Origin: Octopus sinensis
Taxonomy: Eukaryota
Length of the DNA: 64,000 nucleotides
Assembly: GCF_006345805.1 (NCBI RefSeq)
Contig: NC_043019.1
Coordinates: forward strand, 27,465,360 to 27,529,359
Reading direction: 5' to 3'
Shown here: one piece after another, positions 36,522-49,390 of the stretch
Numbering within the stretch: the first letter of the stretch is position 1
Layout: each line of letters starts with the position of its first letter
Made by a program: the position numbers and the translations under genes
The notes under the pieces: generated by a model
What the model was told of the DNA's origin: nothing
Seen by the model: only the letters and a program-made list of their open reading frames with translations
Databases searched by the model: none

Positions 36522-38961
36522 GTGCAGGAGTGGCTGTGTGGTAAGTAGTTTGCTTACCAACCACATGGTTCTGGGTTCAGTTCCACTGTGTGGCACCTTG
36601 GGCAGGTGTCTTCTACTATAGCCTCAGGCCGACCAGAGCCTTGTGAGAGGATTTGGTAGATGGAAACTGAAAGGAGCCCGTTGTATATGTTTGTGTGCCT
36701 GTGTTTGTTCTCCCACCATTGCTTAGGCAATTGAGGTTTGTGTGTTTACATCCCTGTAACTTAGCGGCTCGACAAATGTGACCGATAGAATGAGTACTAA
36801 GTTTACAAAGGTGGTGCTCCAGCATGGCTGCAGTCAAATCATCATCATCATCGTTTAACGTCCGTTTTCCGCGCTAGCACGGGTTGGACGGTTCGACCAG
36901 GGTCTGGGAAACCAGGGGCTGCACCAGACTCCAGTCTGATCTGGCAGAGTTTCTACAGCTGGATGCCCTTCCTAATGCCAACCACTCCGCGAGTGTAGTG
37001 GGTGCTTTTTACGTGCCACCTGCACAGGTGCCAGGGGGGTCCGGCATCGGCCACGATCGGTTGGAGCTTTTAACGTGCCACCGGCACAGAAGCCAGCCAA
37101 GGTGGCGCTGAAACAAATAAAAACAAAAACAATAACAAAGAAAAAAGAAAGAATCCATCCATCCATTCACTAACACAAACACACACATCTGTATATGCAC
37201 ACACCTGTATATGCACACACACACACACACATCTGTGTACACACACACACACAAAACTGAATCTCCATTTTGCTTCATGATTTTCATTACATTTTTGTCA
37301 ATGTTTTACCTTTGTTTGTTTTTTTCACTATTTAGACCACTACAGAAGCTTGACAAAAGAAAACATACAATATGCACAGTATGGCTATAAGAGCCTTGAC
37401 GAACTTATGGCCAACATTCCAGATACTGTATACTTAGCAAAGTAAGTTTCATGAACTCATTGTTTTCAATGTTTGTTGTTGTTTTGCCATATCAACCCTG
37501 GTCAGCCCTGATCAAAAATCTCTGACAATAAAAGATGTTCTAGCTATGACTATCCTGTCCTTTTTGTAATTTTTTTTACGTACATACCATATTTTTCAGC
37601 ATACAAGTCAATGTAGTTATATAATACGAGCAAAACGTCCCCCCACCTCATTCAATGATGCTGAGTTGTCAGAGCCAGGTTTTTTTAATGCAAACTGCAC
37701 GTGCATTTTTCTCGCGTACGCGTAGTATCGATCGCAATAGCTGATGTACTTGCACGTACAAATACACGTTCCCACGGCTTTATTGATTGCATTCTTACCC
37801 GGAATCAATTTTTGTAATTTTTTCAAGACTTATACACACCCTGATATCGTCGGTATCTACATATCAAATTTGAGCGCATTCAGATGGAGGATGCCTGAGA
37901 TCTTAGAAGACACACACACAGTCAGACAGAACGGATTTTATATAATAGATAAACATCATCATCATCGTTTCACGTCCGTTTTCCGCGCTAGCACGGGTTG
38001 GACGGTTCGACCGGGGTCTGGGAAGCCAGGGCTGCACCAGGCTCCAGTCTGATCTGGCAGTGTTTCTACAGCTGGATCCCTTCCTAACGCCAACCACTCC
38101 ACAAGTGTAGTGGGTGCTTTTTACGTGCCACCTGCACAGGTGCCAGGGGGGTCTGGCATCGGCCATGATCGGTTGGTGCTTTTAACGTGCCACCGGCACG
38201 GAAGCCAGCCAAGGCGGCGCTGGCATCGGCCACGTTCGGATGGTGCTTTTTATGTGCCACTGGCACAGAAACCAGTCGAGGCGACGCTGGCATCGGCCAC
38301 GTTCGGATGGTGCTTTTTATGTGCCTCCGGCACAGGTATCACAACTACTATTTCCATTAATATTTGTTTCGATGTTCATGTACATGTAGTGTAAACATTC
38401 AACCTTCACTATCTTACCAAATCCTGTTGCATTCCCATGGACTGTTTAGTCCTTCAAAATCATCTTGGTGTATAAGTCAGCCTACCCCCCTCCTCTTTTT
38501 TTTTTGCTGTAAATTTTTGTCTGAAAAATTCCACTTGGTATTTCGTCTGTCTTTGTTCTGAGTTGAAATTCCGCCGAGGTCAATTTTGCCATTCATCCTT
38601 TCGGGTTTGATAAATTAAGTACCAGTTTTGTACTGGGGTCGATCTACTCAACTGGCCCCTTCCCCCAAAATTTCGGGCCTTGAGCTTAGAGTAGAAAAGA
38701 GTTTATAGTATAAGCATGTAGAGTAAACATTCAAATATTGTGACTTTCTTTTGTATATGTCCTATCACTGATCTGTGATCTTCTGTTTTCCAGTTATCGT
38801 GGTACAAAGATTTATCGTGCAGTCTGTACCGATTCCACATATCACCTACAGAAGCTCATTGACAGACAGAAGTCAGTATCGGCTCGAAAATCAAAACCGG
38901 TTGTATGTATTCTTATGGACAATATTGTTTACTTAAGTGTGTTTGTGTGGGTTTCTGTAAA

Positions 38962-39010
<49 letters not shown>

Positions 39011-42000
39011 TAATGGATTGATGTAGAAAGAGAATTTAGTCTTGAAAAATATTTAAAACATAAACCTCATGGAATCTCAATGTGTAATTTCGTGATTGGT
39101 GAAAAACGAATGCTCTGGATAGCATTCAGCCCACACTATATATATATATATATATACACACACATATATAAAGAAAACAAGAAATGGAACAAGAACATAA
39201 CAGGTGACAACAAAACATCCAGACAGTTAGACGATACAAAAAAGGACAGGAAAAAACAAGGACGGTTCATTCGGAGCTTCCTATCTTCAGTTGAATTCCA
39301 GATCGTCTTTGCAGTTTCGGCCGGTTATACAGACATACATATATATATATATATCCACACAACTATCCACACTACCCTTGCCAGAGCATAATCTGTGAAC
39401 CGTGCATCTGCTTTCTCCCCCACCCCCACCCCGCTGTCTTCTGTTTCCCCTCACCTACCACCCTACCTCTCCAACGCACCATTCTCAGAGCCTTCCGGCA
39501 ACTCCAGTCTGATCCCGCCACTTCACACATCTTTCCTAACCAACCCTACCCCTCCTTCAAATGAGCCCACAACGTGCGAGACCTCTTGGTCCACAGCTTC
39601 ATCCCTTACCCAACCTTCCAACCTGGCTCATTCCCTGCTCCCACCCATGCTGCTGCACTTGCTCTTACCTCTCCAACACCACTCTCCTCACCGGCACCCA
39701 TCATCGACCCTATCTTATTACTGACTCCTTCACCTGCACTTCTACCAATGTCATCTACTGCATCTCCTGCTCTCTCTGCCCTTCTCTATACATTGGGCAA
39801 ATGGGATGCTGCTTGGTTGACTGGTTCGCGGAACACCTCAGACATCTGACTTGGCAATGACACCCCAGTCTTGTGCTATTTCCACTCTTTGCAACACCTG
39901 TCTGTGTTCAGATTGTCCTTGTACAGGGGTCATTTGGACTCCTGTCTTCGCCATGAACAGGGATTAATCTTCTCTTTTCTCACTCTCCTCCCCTTTCCTC
40001 TCTTCTCACACCTACTTCCTCCGACCTACCTCTCCTATTTTCACTTCACTTCTACCCACCTTTTCCCTTACCCCTCTCCCTTCATTGTCAAACCTCCCTC
40101 GTAACCCCACCCCTACACAATCCAACCTCACCTTCCCTATCCATCCCATCCCATACACCCACTTCCCATACACCGCCTCTACGCCTACCCTTGCTTTCCC
40201 CACTCTTGTCTCCCCTACATTCCAACACCACCACACCACACAACATCACATCACATCACCATGCACACACTAGCACTGACCACTTCCCAGCCCCACACCT
40301 ACGCATGCACACACACACGTCAAGGTCACCAGCCCTCTTCCATGCACACATACATGCTCTACACACACACACATTCGTTTTGGGATCACGACTACTTTAT
40401 CATCTCCCCTTCTTCCTAGCTCTCCTGTGTGACTCCTCTGTTTGGCATTCACCATGATAGATCTCTAGCCAGTACACATTCTTTATTTTCTCTCCTTGTT
40501 TCTTTCTGTGTTACTTTCTGTTGAAGAGTGTAGGCTTGAAACATTAAAGACTTTTTCACTTCCTGAGTGTTAAACTAATACATCTGTTTGTTGTCTACAC
40601 CACCTGTCTTTGTCTTGTTTTTTTTTGTGAATTCTCCCTATATATAAATATAAGAGAGACGGCTGCGCTGGTATGGTCATGTGACGAGAAAGGCTGAAGA
40701 TAGTTGTGTGCAAAAGTGCTACACCCGAGCAGTTGAGAGAACCTGTGGAAGAGGTAGACCCAGGAAAACCTGGGACGAGGTGGTGAAGCACGACCTTCGA
40801 ACTTTAGGTCTCACTAAGGAAATGTCTAGAGACCGAGACCTATGGAAGTATGCTGTGCGTGAGAAGACCCGGCAAGACTAGTCAGGCCATAACCCGTGGC
40901 CCCTACCTGGGACGTAGTCAGTCCTCCTGTGCATACCTTCCTTCTTGTGACACTTATGAAGACCTGTTGAGGCAAGTGAAAATCAAATCAAAATCAAAAC
41001 AAATCAAAATAGATGAACATCAGTGGAATTGTATTCTTTGTGGTACCAGTGCCGGTGGCACACAAGAAAACCACCCAAACGTGGCTGTAGCCAGTACCGC
41101 ATCGACTGGCCTCCGTGCTGTGGGCACAACAAACACCATCCGATCGTGGCCGTTCGCCAGCCTCATCTGGCACCTGTGTCGGTGGCACATAAAGACACCA
41201 TCCGAAGACCCGGCGACGTAGTCAGTCCACCTGTGCATACCTTCCCTCTTATGACACTTGTGAAGACCTGTTGAGGCAGAGGCAAGTGTGTGACACTTGT
41301 GGAGACCTGTTGAGGCAAGTGTGTGACCCTTGTGAAGACCTGTTGAGGCAAGTGAAAATCAAACCAAATCAAAATAGATGAACATCAATGGAATTTGTAT
41401 CTTTGTGGTTCCAGTACCGGTGGCACACAAGAAAACCATCCGAACGTGGCCGTAGCCAGTACCGCATCGACTGGCCTCCGTGCTGTGGGCACAACAAACA
41501 CCATCTGATCGTGGCCGTTCGCCAGCCTCATCTGGCACCTGTGTCGGTGGCACATAAAAACACCATCCGAAGACCCGGCGACGTAGTCAGTCCACCTGTG
41601 CATACCTTCCCTCTTATGACACTTGTGAAGACCTGTTGAGGCAGAGGCAAGTGTGTGACACTTTGTGAAGACCTGTTGAGGCAGAGGCAAGTGTGTGACA
41701 CTTGTGGAGACCTGTTGAGGCAAGTGTGTGACACGTGTGACACTTGTGAAGACCTGTTGAGGCAAGTGAAAATCAAACCAAATCAAAATAGATGAACATC
41801 AATGGAATTTGTATCTTTGTGGTTCCAGTACCGGTGGCACACAAGAAAACCATCCGATCGTGGCCGTTCGCCAGCCTCATCTGGCACCTGTGTCGGTGGC
41901 ACATAAAAACACCATCCGAAGACCCAGCGACGTAGTCAGTCCACTGTGCATACCTTCCTACTTATGACACTTGTGAAGACCTGTTGAGGCAAGTGTGTGA

Positions 42001-43165
42001 CACTTGTGTAGACCTGTTGAGGCAAGTGAAAATCAAAATCAAAATCAAATCAAATCAAATCAAACCAAATCAAAATAGATGAACATCAATGGAATTTGTA
42101 TCTTTGTGGTACCAGTACCGGTGGCACACAAGAAAACCATCCGAACGTGGCCGTAGCCAGTACCGCATCGACTGGCCTCTGTGATGTGGGCACATAACAA
42201 ACACCATCCGATCGTGGCCGTCCGCCAGCCTCATCTGGCACCTGTGTCAGTGGCACATAAAAACACCAACCGAAGACCCGGCAAGACTAGTCAGGCCATA
42301 ACCCGTGGACCCTACTTGGGACGTAGTCAGTCCACCTGTGCATACCTTCCTTCCTTCTTGTGACACTTGTGAAGACCTGTTGAGGCAAGTGAAAATCAAA
42401 TCAAATCAAATCAAAATAGATGAACATCAATGGAATTTGTATCTTTGTGGTACCAGTGCCGGTGGCACACAAGAAAACCATCCGAACGTGGCCGTAGCCA
42501 GTACCGCATAGACTGGCCTCCGTGCTTTGGGGACGTAACAAACACCATCCGATCGTGGCCGTCCGCCAGCCTCATCTGGCACCTGTGTCGGTGGCACATA
42601 AAAACACCATCCGAGCGTGGCCGTCTGCCAGCCTCGTCTGGCACCTGTGTCGGTGGCACATAAAAACACCATCCGAGCGTGGCCGTTCGCCAGCCTCGTC
42701 TGGCACCTGTGTCGGTGGTGGCACATAAAAACACCATCCGAGCGTGGCCGTTCGCCAGCCTCGTCTGGCACCTGTGTCGGTGGCACATAAAATCACCCAC
42801 TACACTCTCGGAGTGGTTGGCGTTAGGAAGGGCATCCAGCTGTAGAAACACTGCCAGATCTGACTGGCCTGGTGCAGCCTTCGGGCTCCCCAGACCCCAG
42901 TTGAACCGTCCAACCCATGCTAGCATGGAAAACGGACGCTAAATGATGATGAAATTAGTGTATTTTTTTATACACGAAAGAGGTGACCTTTAACAAGACA
43001 CCTTACATGCTGGAAAGCGCAGTTAAAGCCCAAACCACAAATAAGAGTAATTTCAAAGGGAATGAAAAATGAAAACATTTCAATAGTTACCCTTATACTC
43101 GAGTTTCTGCATCAATGTGCTAATAAATTAATTTGCCATCCATGCTTCTTCAGTAAGGGCACCAA

Positions 43166-43248
<83 letters not shown>

Positions 43249-46200
43249 ACACATACAGTGTGTGATAATGGATTGCTATAGAAAGAGGATTTAGTCTTGA
43301 GAAATATTACCCCCCCCCCACCGTCAAAGATGGTGGCCTTGCACCAGGATCATTAGCACACCGGCCAAAATGCATAGCAGTAAATTGTTCATCTTTATGT
43401 TCTGTGTTCAAATTCTATTAACTTTGTCTTTCAACTTTTAAGTGACAAAAAAAATTAAGTACCAGTTAGGTACTGGGGTCGATGTGATCAACTTATTCCC
43501 GCCCCAGAAATTGCTGGCCTTGTGCCAAAATTTTAAACCATTACCATCATCATCATCATTATTATTATTTATGTTTTGAGTTCAAATTCTGCCGAGGTCA
43601 ACTTTGCCTTTCATCCTTTCGGGGTCAATTAAATAAGTACCAGTTACGCACTGGGGTTGATGTAATAGTCTTGATCCCTTTGTCTGTCCTTGTTTGTCCT
43701 CTCTATGTTTAGCCCCCTGTGGACAATAAAGAAATAAATAACAACAAAATTATTATTATTATTATTATTCCCTTTCCTTTTCTGTCTATTTTAGCCTAAT
43801 CGGCGGCGTCCTCTCTTTGCCAATGAAAATCTTCAGAACTCCACTTGCAGATACAATAGATATGAAGATAACCGAAAGCGATACCCAAATGTGCGAGTGA
43901 CAGTCGACAGTTCAGGTCGTGGGCAGCAGGTAAACTGCCGGGGTGATGTGAAAAGATCTGTTGAGATGGGAGATATTAATGCAAATTGCAATAAGCATGA
44001 GATAAAATCTGTGATGATGTCTGTATCGAAGAGCAATCGTGTGTTTGAGAAAGCAGTCAAAGACATCTCCAGCAATGAGGTATTTGGTTCTATTTTGCTT
44101 TAAATTTTTAATATTCAGGTTATTCTGTCAAATGTAATGTTTGTTTTTTTTATGTTGTTTTAACCCTTTAGTGTTTGTTGCATTATTCTGCCAAAATTAA
44201 TCCTTTTTTTATCCACATTATTTTGAACTAATCATGCATTATCTTGTAGTTCTGAGATTTTGATGAGGTAGCTGTTAATTTTTAAAACGATATTGTAGGG
44301 TTGGTGTGAGAGACCAGATCTGGCCAGTTTGACCATAGAACAGGTAGAATACTTCTGGCCGGATATGGCCGGTTTAAATGCTAAAGGGTTAAATTAATCA
44401 TATGTTATCTTGTGAAGGCGCAATGGCCCAGTAGTTAGGGCAGCGGACTTGCGGTTGTAGGATCGTGGTTTCGATTCCCAGACCGGGCATTGTGAGTGTT
44501 TATTGAGCGAAAACACCTAAAGCCCCACAAGGCTCCGGCAGGGTGGGCGGGTGGGTGAACCCTGCTGTACTCTTTCACCACAACTTTCTATCACTCTTTC
44601 TTCCTGTTTCTGTTGTACCTGTATTTCAAAGGGGCCAGCCTTGTCACACTGAATCTGCCCGAGAACTACATTAAGGGTACGTGTGTCTGTGGAAGTGGTC
44701 AGCCACTTGTGCTTTAAAGAGCTGCAACATCAATGGTGCCAAGCTGCATCGGTATTTGCCTTTCCCTTGGATAACATCGGTGGCATGGAGAGGAGAGGCT
44801 GGTATGTGTGGGTGACTGCTGGTCTTCCATAAACAACCTTGCCCGGACTTGTACCTCGGAGGGTGACTTTCTAGGTTCAATTCCATGGTCATTCATGACC
44901 GAAGGAGGTCACAGTCACAATCAAATGTTGTCTTGTAGTTTAGAGATTTCAATGATGCGATTGTGTATTTTTAGAATGACATTGTAGGGTTGAGGTGAGA
45001 GGCCAGATCTGGCCAGTTTGAATGCTAAAGGGTTTAATCATTTTCTTTTTTTAACCACTGGTTCTCATCCGTTTTCCATCTATGGACCCCTTTGATTACT
45101 ATTTTATTCTGGCGGACCCCTCGTAGCCATTCGTTGCTTAAAATCTAGTTTTATAGAAACTTCTTTCAAAAGTGCTACTTGTGTAGGCTGATCTATGTGA
45201 AACATCTGAGAAAAAAAGTTTAGCTGTTTCTTGGAATAAATGCATCTAAAAGCAAGATTTTTTTTCATGGACCCTTAGATTATTACTGTGGGTACCCAAT
45301 TTACTATTTTGTTCATGTGGAATCCCCAGGTGGGATCATATGGACCCCAGTTGAGGTCCTGAAGAATCCACTAGAGTGGATGCAAATACTAATAATATAT
45401 GATTTATAAAAACATGTGACATATTAATAAAAATCTGTAAATGTAAAACCATCCAGATTTCTGAGTACCTTAGTTTTTCTAATATATATATTTATATACT
45501 AGCAGTATCGCCCGGCGTTGCTCGGGTTTGTAAGGGAAATAACTATATAAGCATTTTTAGAGAGTTACTTCCCTTATAGATGCCAATTCGAGCTTTCTTA
45601 GCCATTTCTGTTTTGGTGTCTTCAAGCCATGAAGTCGTTGTTCTAAAAGAACGCTGGTCTCCTTGACAACGCTTTACGACGTTGATTTCCTTACACTCCC
45701 TTCCCCACAGCTTCACGAGGGAGGGAAGAAGGGGGAGAAGCAAACAGGTGCAGGTGTGACCATGGACGCCAACTCCGCCGCCATCGACACACGAAAAATT
45801 ATGCATTAAAATGGAATAAAAAATGATGTTAAATTATTTTTAAAATCGTAGACTCATCGTAGACGCGCACTAATACTCAGACGGGCTCGATATGAATCAC
45901 GACTATAAGATACCCGAATTTGGTTAAACTGCACCGCAAAATGTGGGAGTAGTTAGGAATCTAAATCGAAGGGGACAGACACTCACACAACTACAGTTTT
46001 ATATATATAGATATGCCAGGTCTGCCTGACTGGTTCCTGTGCTAGTGACATGTAAAACGCACCATTTGAATGTGGCTGATGCCAGTACCCACTGACTGGC
46101 TCCCATGCTGGTGGCTCATAAAAAGCACTATCCGAATGTGATCGATGCCAGGCCCGCCTGACTGGCTCCTGTGCTGGTGGCATGTAAAAAGCACCCACTA

Positions 46201-48911
46201 CACTCTTGGAGTGGTTGGCGTTAGGAAGGGCATCCAGCTGTAGAAATATTGCCAGATTAGATTGGAGCCTGGTGCAGCTGCTGGCTCTCCAGACCTCAAG
46301 TCAAACTATACAACCCATGCCAGCATGGAAAGCGGATGTTAAACTATGATGGTGGTGATGATGATGATGATCTCCTTCCATCCTAATGTGTTGCTACCTT
46401 TTGTTAATCAGCAGGTACCTTATGGCTCAATGAATACATTTCCTCTGGCCCCTCGATTCCAGAAACAGAAGAACAACACTCCAGGTTAGTAGTCATTTGA
46501 ACATACTGTGTACATACATATACATACATACAGGCACACACACATATGCATGCATGCATTGAGGTTGTATCGTTGTGCTCATTTCAACCTGCTAGAAATA
46601 ATAGCCAAGTTTCTCCTGAAAACCTCCTTTACCAATTTTTAAAAATAAAAGAGCACAGTGGCTGCTTTGTTTCTTTGTGGGAGGTGGGGCACCAGGCCAC
46701 ATTGTGCTTGGCAGTGGTGGATGCTTTAGTGAAATGATTTTAATATAAACTATACAGTAGGTGCAGGAGTGCCTGTGTGGTAAGTAGCTTGCTAACCAAC
46801 CACATGGTTCTGGGTTCAGTCCCACTGCGTGGCACCTTGGGCAAGTGTCTTCTACTATAGCCTCGGGCCGACCAAAGCCTTGTGAGTGGATTTGGTAGAC
46901 AGAAACTGAAAGAAGCCTGTCATATATATATGTGTGTGTGTGTGTATGTTTGTCCCCCTAGCATTGCTTGACAACCGATGCTGGTGTCTTTGCGTCCCCG
47001 TAACTTAGCGGTTCGGCAAAAGAGACCGATAGAATAAGTACTGGGCTTACAAAGAATAAGTCCCGGTGTCGAGTTGCTTGATTAAAGGCGGTGCTCCAGC
47101 ATGGCCGCAGTCAAATGACTGAAACGAGTAAAAGAGAGTAATCCTTGTTGAAGGATCTCTGGAGTAGCATGACTTGACAGGGTGCATAACTTGCAGATAG
47201 AGTCTCTCCAGGACTCTGCATTGGAGGGGTTCACAACTCTGATCCTCCAGATATTTGATTAGAATACTGCAGGAAAGAATCATAAGGTGGATTCTTGCCA
47301 ACTGGCTGGTAACTTAACAGAAGACCAAAATGAGATGATCTCGGTTGGTTGTCTTTGGGAATACAGCAGGAAGGTCTCTTGATGGTTGCTTCTGACAGAA
47401 CCTTAACAGAGAAGGTGCCTGAGGATTCTACCTCCATGACTTTACCTTTCATCCTTTTGGCGTCAATAGAACAAGTACCAGTTGAACACTGGGGTCGATG
47501 TAATCAACTCATCCCCTCTCCCAAAATTGCTCCCCTTGTGGCAAAATTGAAATCATTATTATTATTACGGAGATGTACTTGCATAGCAAGTAATTTGATC
47601 TGAGATCGTGTGCTGAAATGAAAACAATTGCAGCGTGGAAGGTGTTTGTAAGCCATTTAAGAAACACACAAAAGCTGTTTGATTCACTTCAACATTTAAG
47701 TTTAATTTGTCAAAATATTTTCGTCGCTTTAAGACCGCGACCTGTTCACTGACAAAAATCCATGCAGCACGGATTTTTGTCAGTGAACAGGTCGCGGATT
47801 TTAGCGCCGAAAATATTTTGACAAATTAAACTTAAATGTTGAAGTGAATCGAACGGCTTTTGTGTGTTTCTTAAATGGCTTATAAACACCTTCCACTCAT
47901 TATTATTATTATCACTAAAAAAAAATATCTTTGATTCTTCACTGAAAATGTAATTTTAAAATGGTATCTTAGTAACTGTAAATTATTTCCAGATAAAATG
48001 GGCAGAGAAGATGGATGGGTGGATATACAATAACGACCCTCCTGAGATATTTTAATGTACAATATTTAAAATGTGATTTATAGCCTTTATCTAAATGTTT
48101 TATTTTGTTTGTGTTGGACAGCACCAGATTTTGTGAAAGGAAGGCATGAGCATACACCAAGATCAAATAAAGGTAAGTTTATTACATGTACACACATGCT
48201 TGCATACACACAATATAATCTATGTACATACACGATATATATACACACACAGACATGTGTGGCTGTCATTAAGTCTTACTTCTTCACGTGTGATTGTGTG
48301 TGTGAAGCTAAGCACCATAGCTATCAAATATGACCCAGTAGCAGGTACCATGATTTTGACTGTTTTTTGGGGCTAATATTACATCAAGTTGTACCGATAT
48401 AATGTAGGATAAATATAATAATAATAATAACAATAATCCTTGGATGGAATTTATAAACATTTAATGCACAAATCACATGACTTTTATGATCAAAGTCTGT
48501 ATTCCTGGGATGATTATGGATACTATGGACTATACTGTAATCATCCCAGAAAGACACAATGCAATCTTAAGACTCATGTAATTTGTGGAAACATGTGTAG
48601 CAAGGATTATTGTTATTATTATTGAGTGAGAGAGCAGTGCATGCCATCAAAGTGACACTGGGGTAAAATATACGAAGCCCAATATACCCATCATGACTAA
48701 CCGTCTGATAAGGGTACACCAGGCACATGCATCACAACCATATGTGCATGACATGGTGATCTCACATCAAGATAAATAGTGCATGACCTTGCAGGTGGGG
48801 CCCTAGTTAGAATTTTCTTCTGGTCGAGTATTGAGGCAAGTGTAAACAAAGTTCATTGTCCAATGAATGAGGGGTACTCATAAGTGGGCCGGTTGTCCCT
48901 ACAAATCTTTA

Positions 48912-48977
<66 letters not shown>

Positions 48978-49355
48978 ACAGAGAGAAAGGTGCTTGTGCA
49001 AGTTCAAATCTTTCCTGCTACAATCAACTTTTCTCTTCCTCTCTCTCTTTCTGAGGTTAGTTAAATAAAAGAAATTAGCAGTAATGTATTGGAGCATAAA
49101 CTAATTTTCTACAAATACATGGCCTTATGCTAAAATAAATCATTTTACCATTTCTCTTTTATTTTTTTTATCTTATATAGTTTTGTCTTTTTTAAATATG
49201 GCATGGCTATGTGGTAAGAAGCTTGCTTCCCAACCACATAATTCCAGGTTCAGTCCCACTGCATGGTACTTTGGGCAAGTGCCTTCTACTCTAGCCTCAG
49301 GCTGAACAAAGCCTTGTGAGTGGATTTGGAAACGGAAACTGAAAGAAGCCTGTTG

Positions 49356-49390
<35 letters not shown>

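Noticed and set aside
9975-39345. Hammerhead-like CTGAAGA...GAAT in a further repeat family (~9975-10270 and ~39150-39345, minus strand)
   Set aside because: It has GAAU instead of GAAA and no convincing stem I or III, so it is too weak to call.
28910-42950. Possible CRISPR-like repeat-spacer arrays (28910-29355 and 40863-42950)
   Set aside because: The units are contiguous or share their intervening sequence. There are no unique spacers or cas genes, and the context is eukaryotic.
32501-44490. tRNA-like sequences at 32501-32570 and 44414-44490, and the heads of SINE families A and B
   Set aside because: They continue into SINE bodies and lack a complete cloverleaf or acceptor stem. They are SINE heads, not tRNA genes.
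47140-47436. Non-repetitive-looking segment with ORFs on both strands
   Set aside because: No recognisable domain or fitting splice phases. It is probably a decayed TE fragment.
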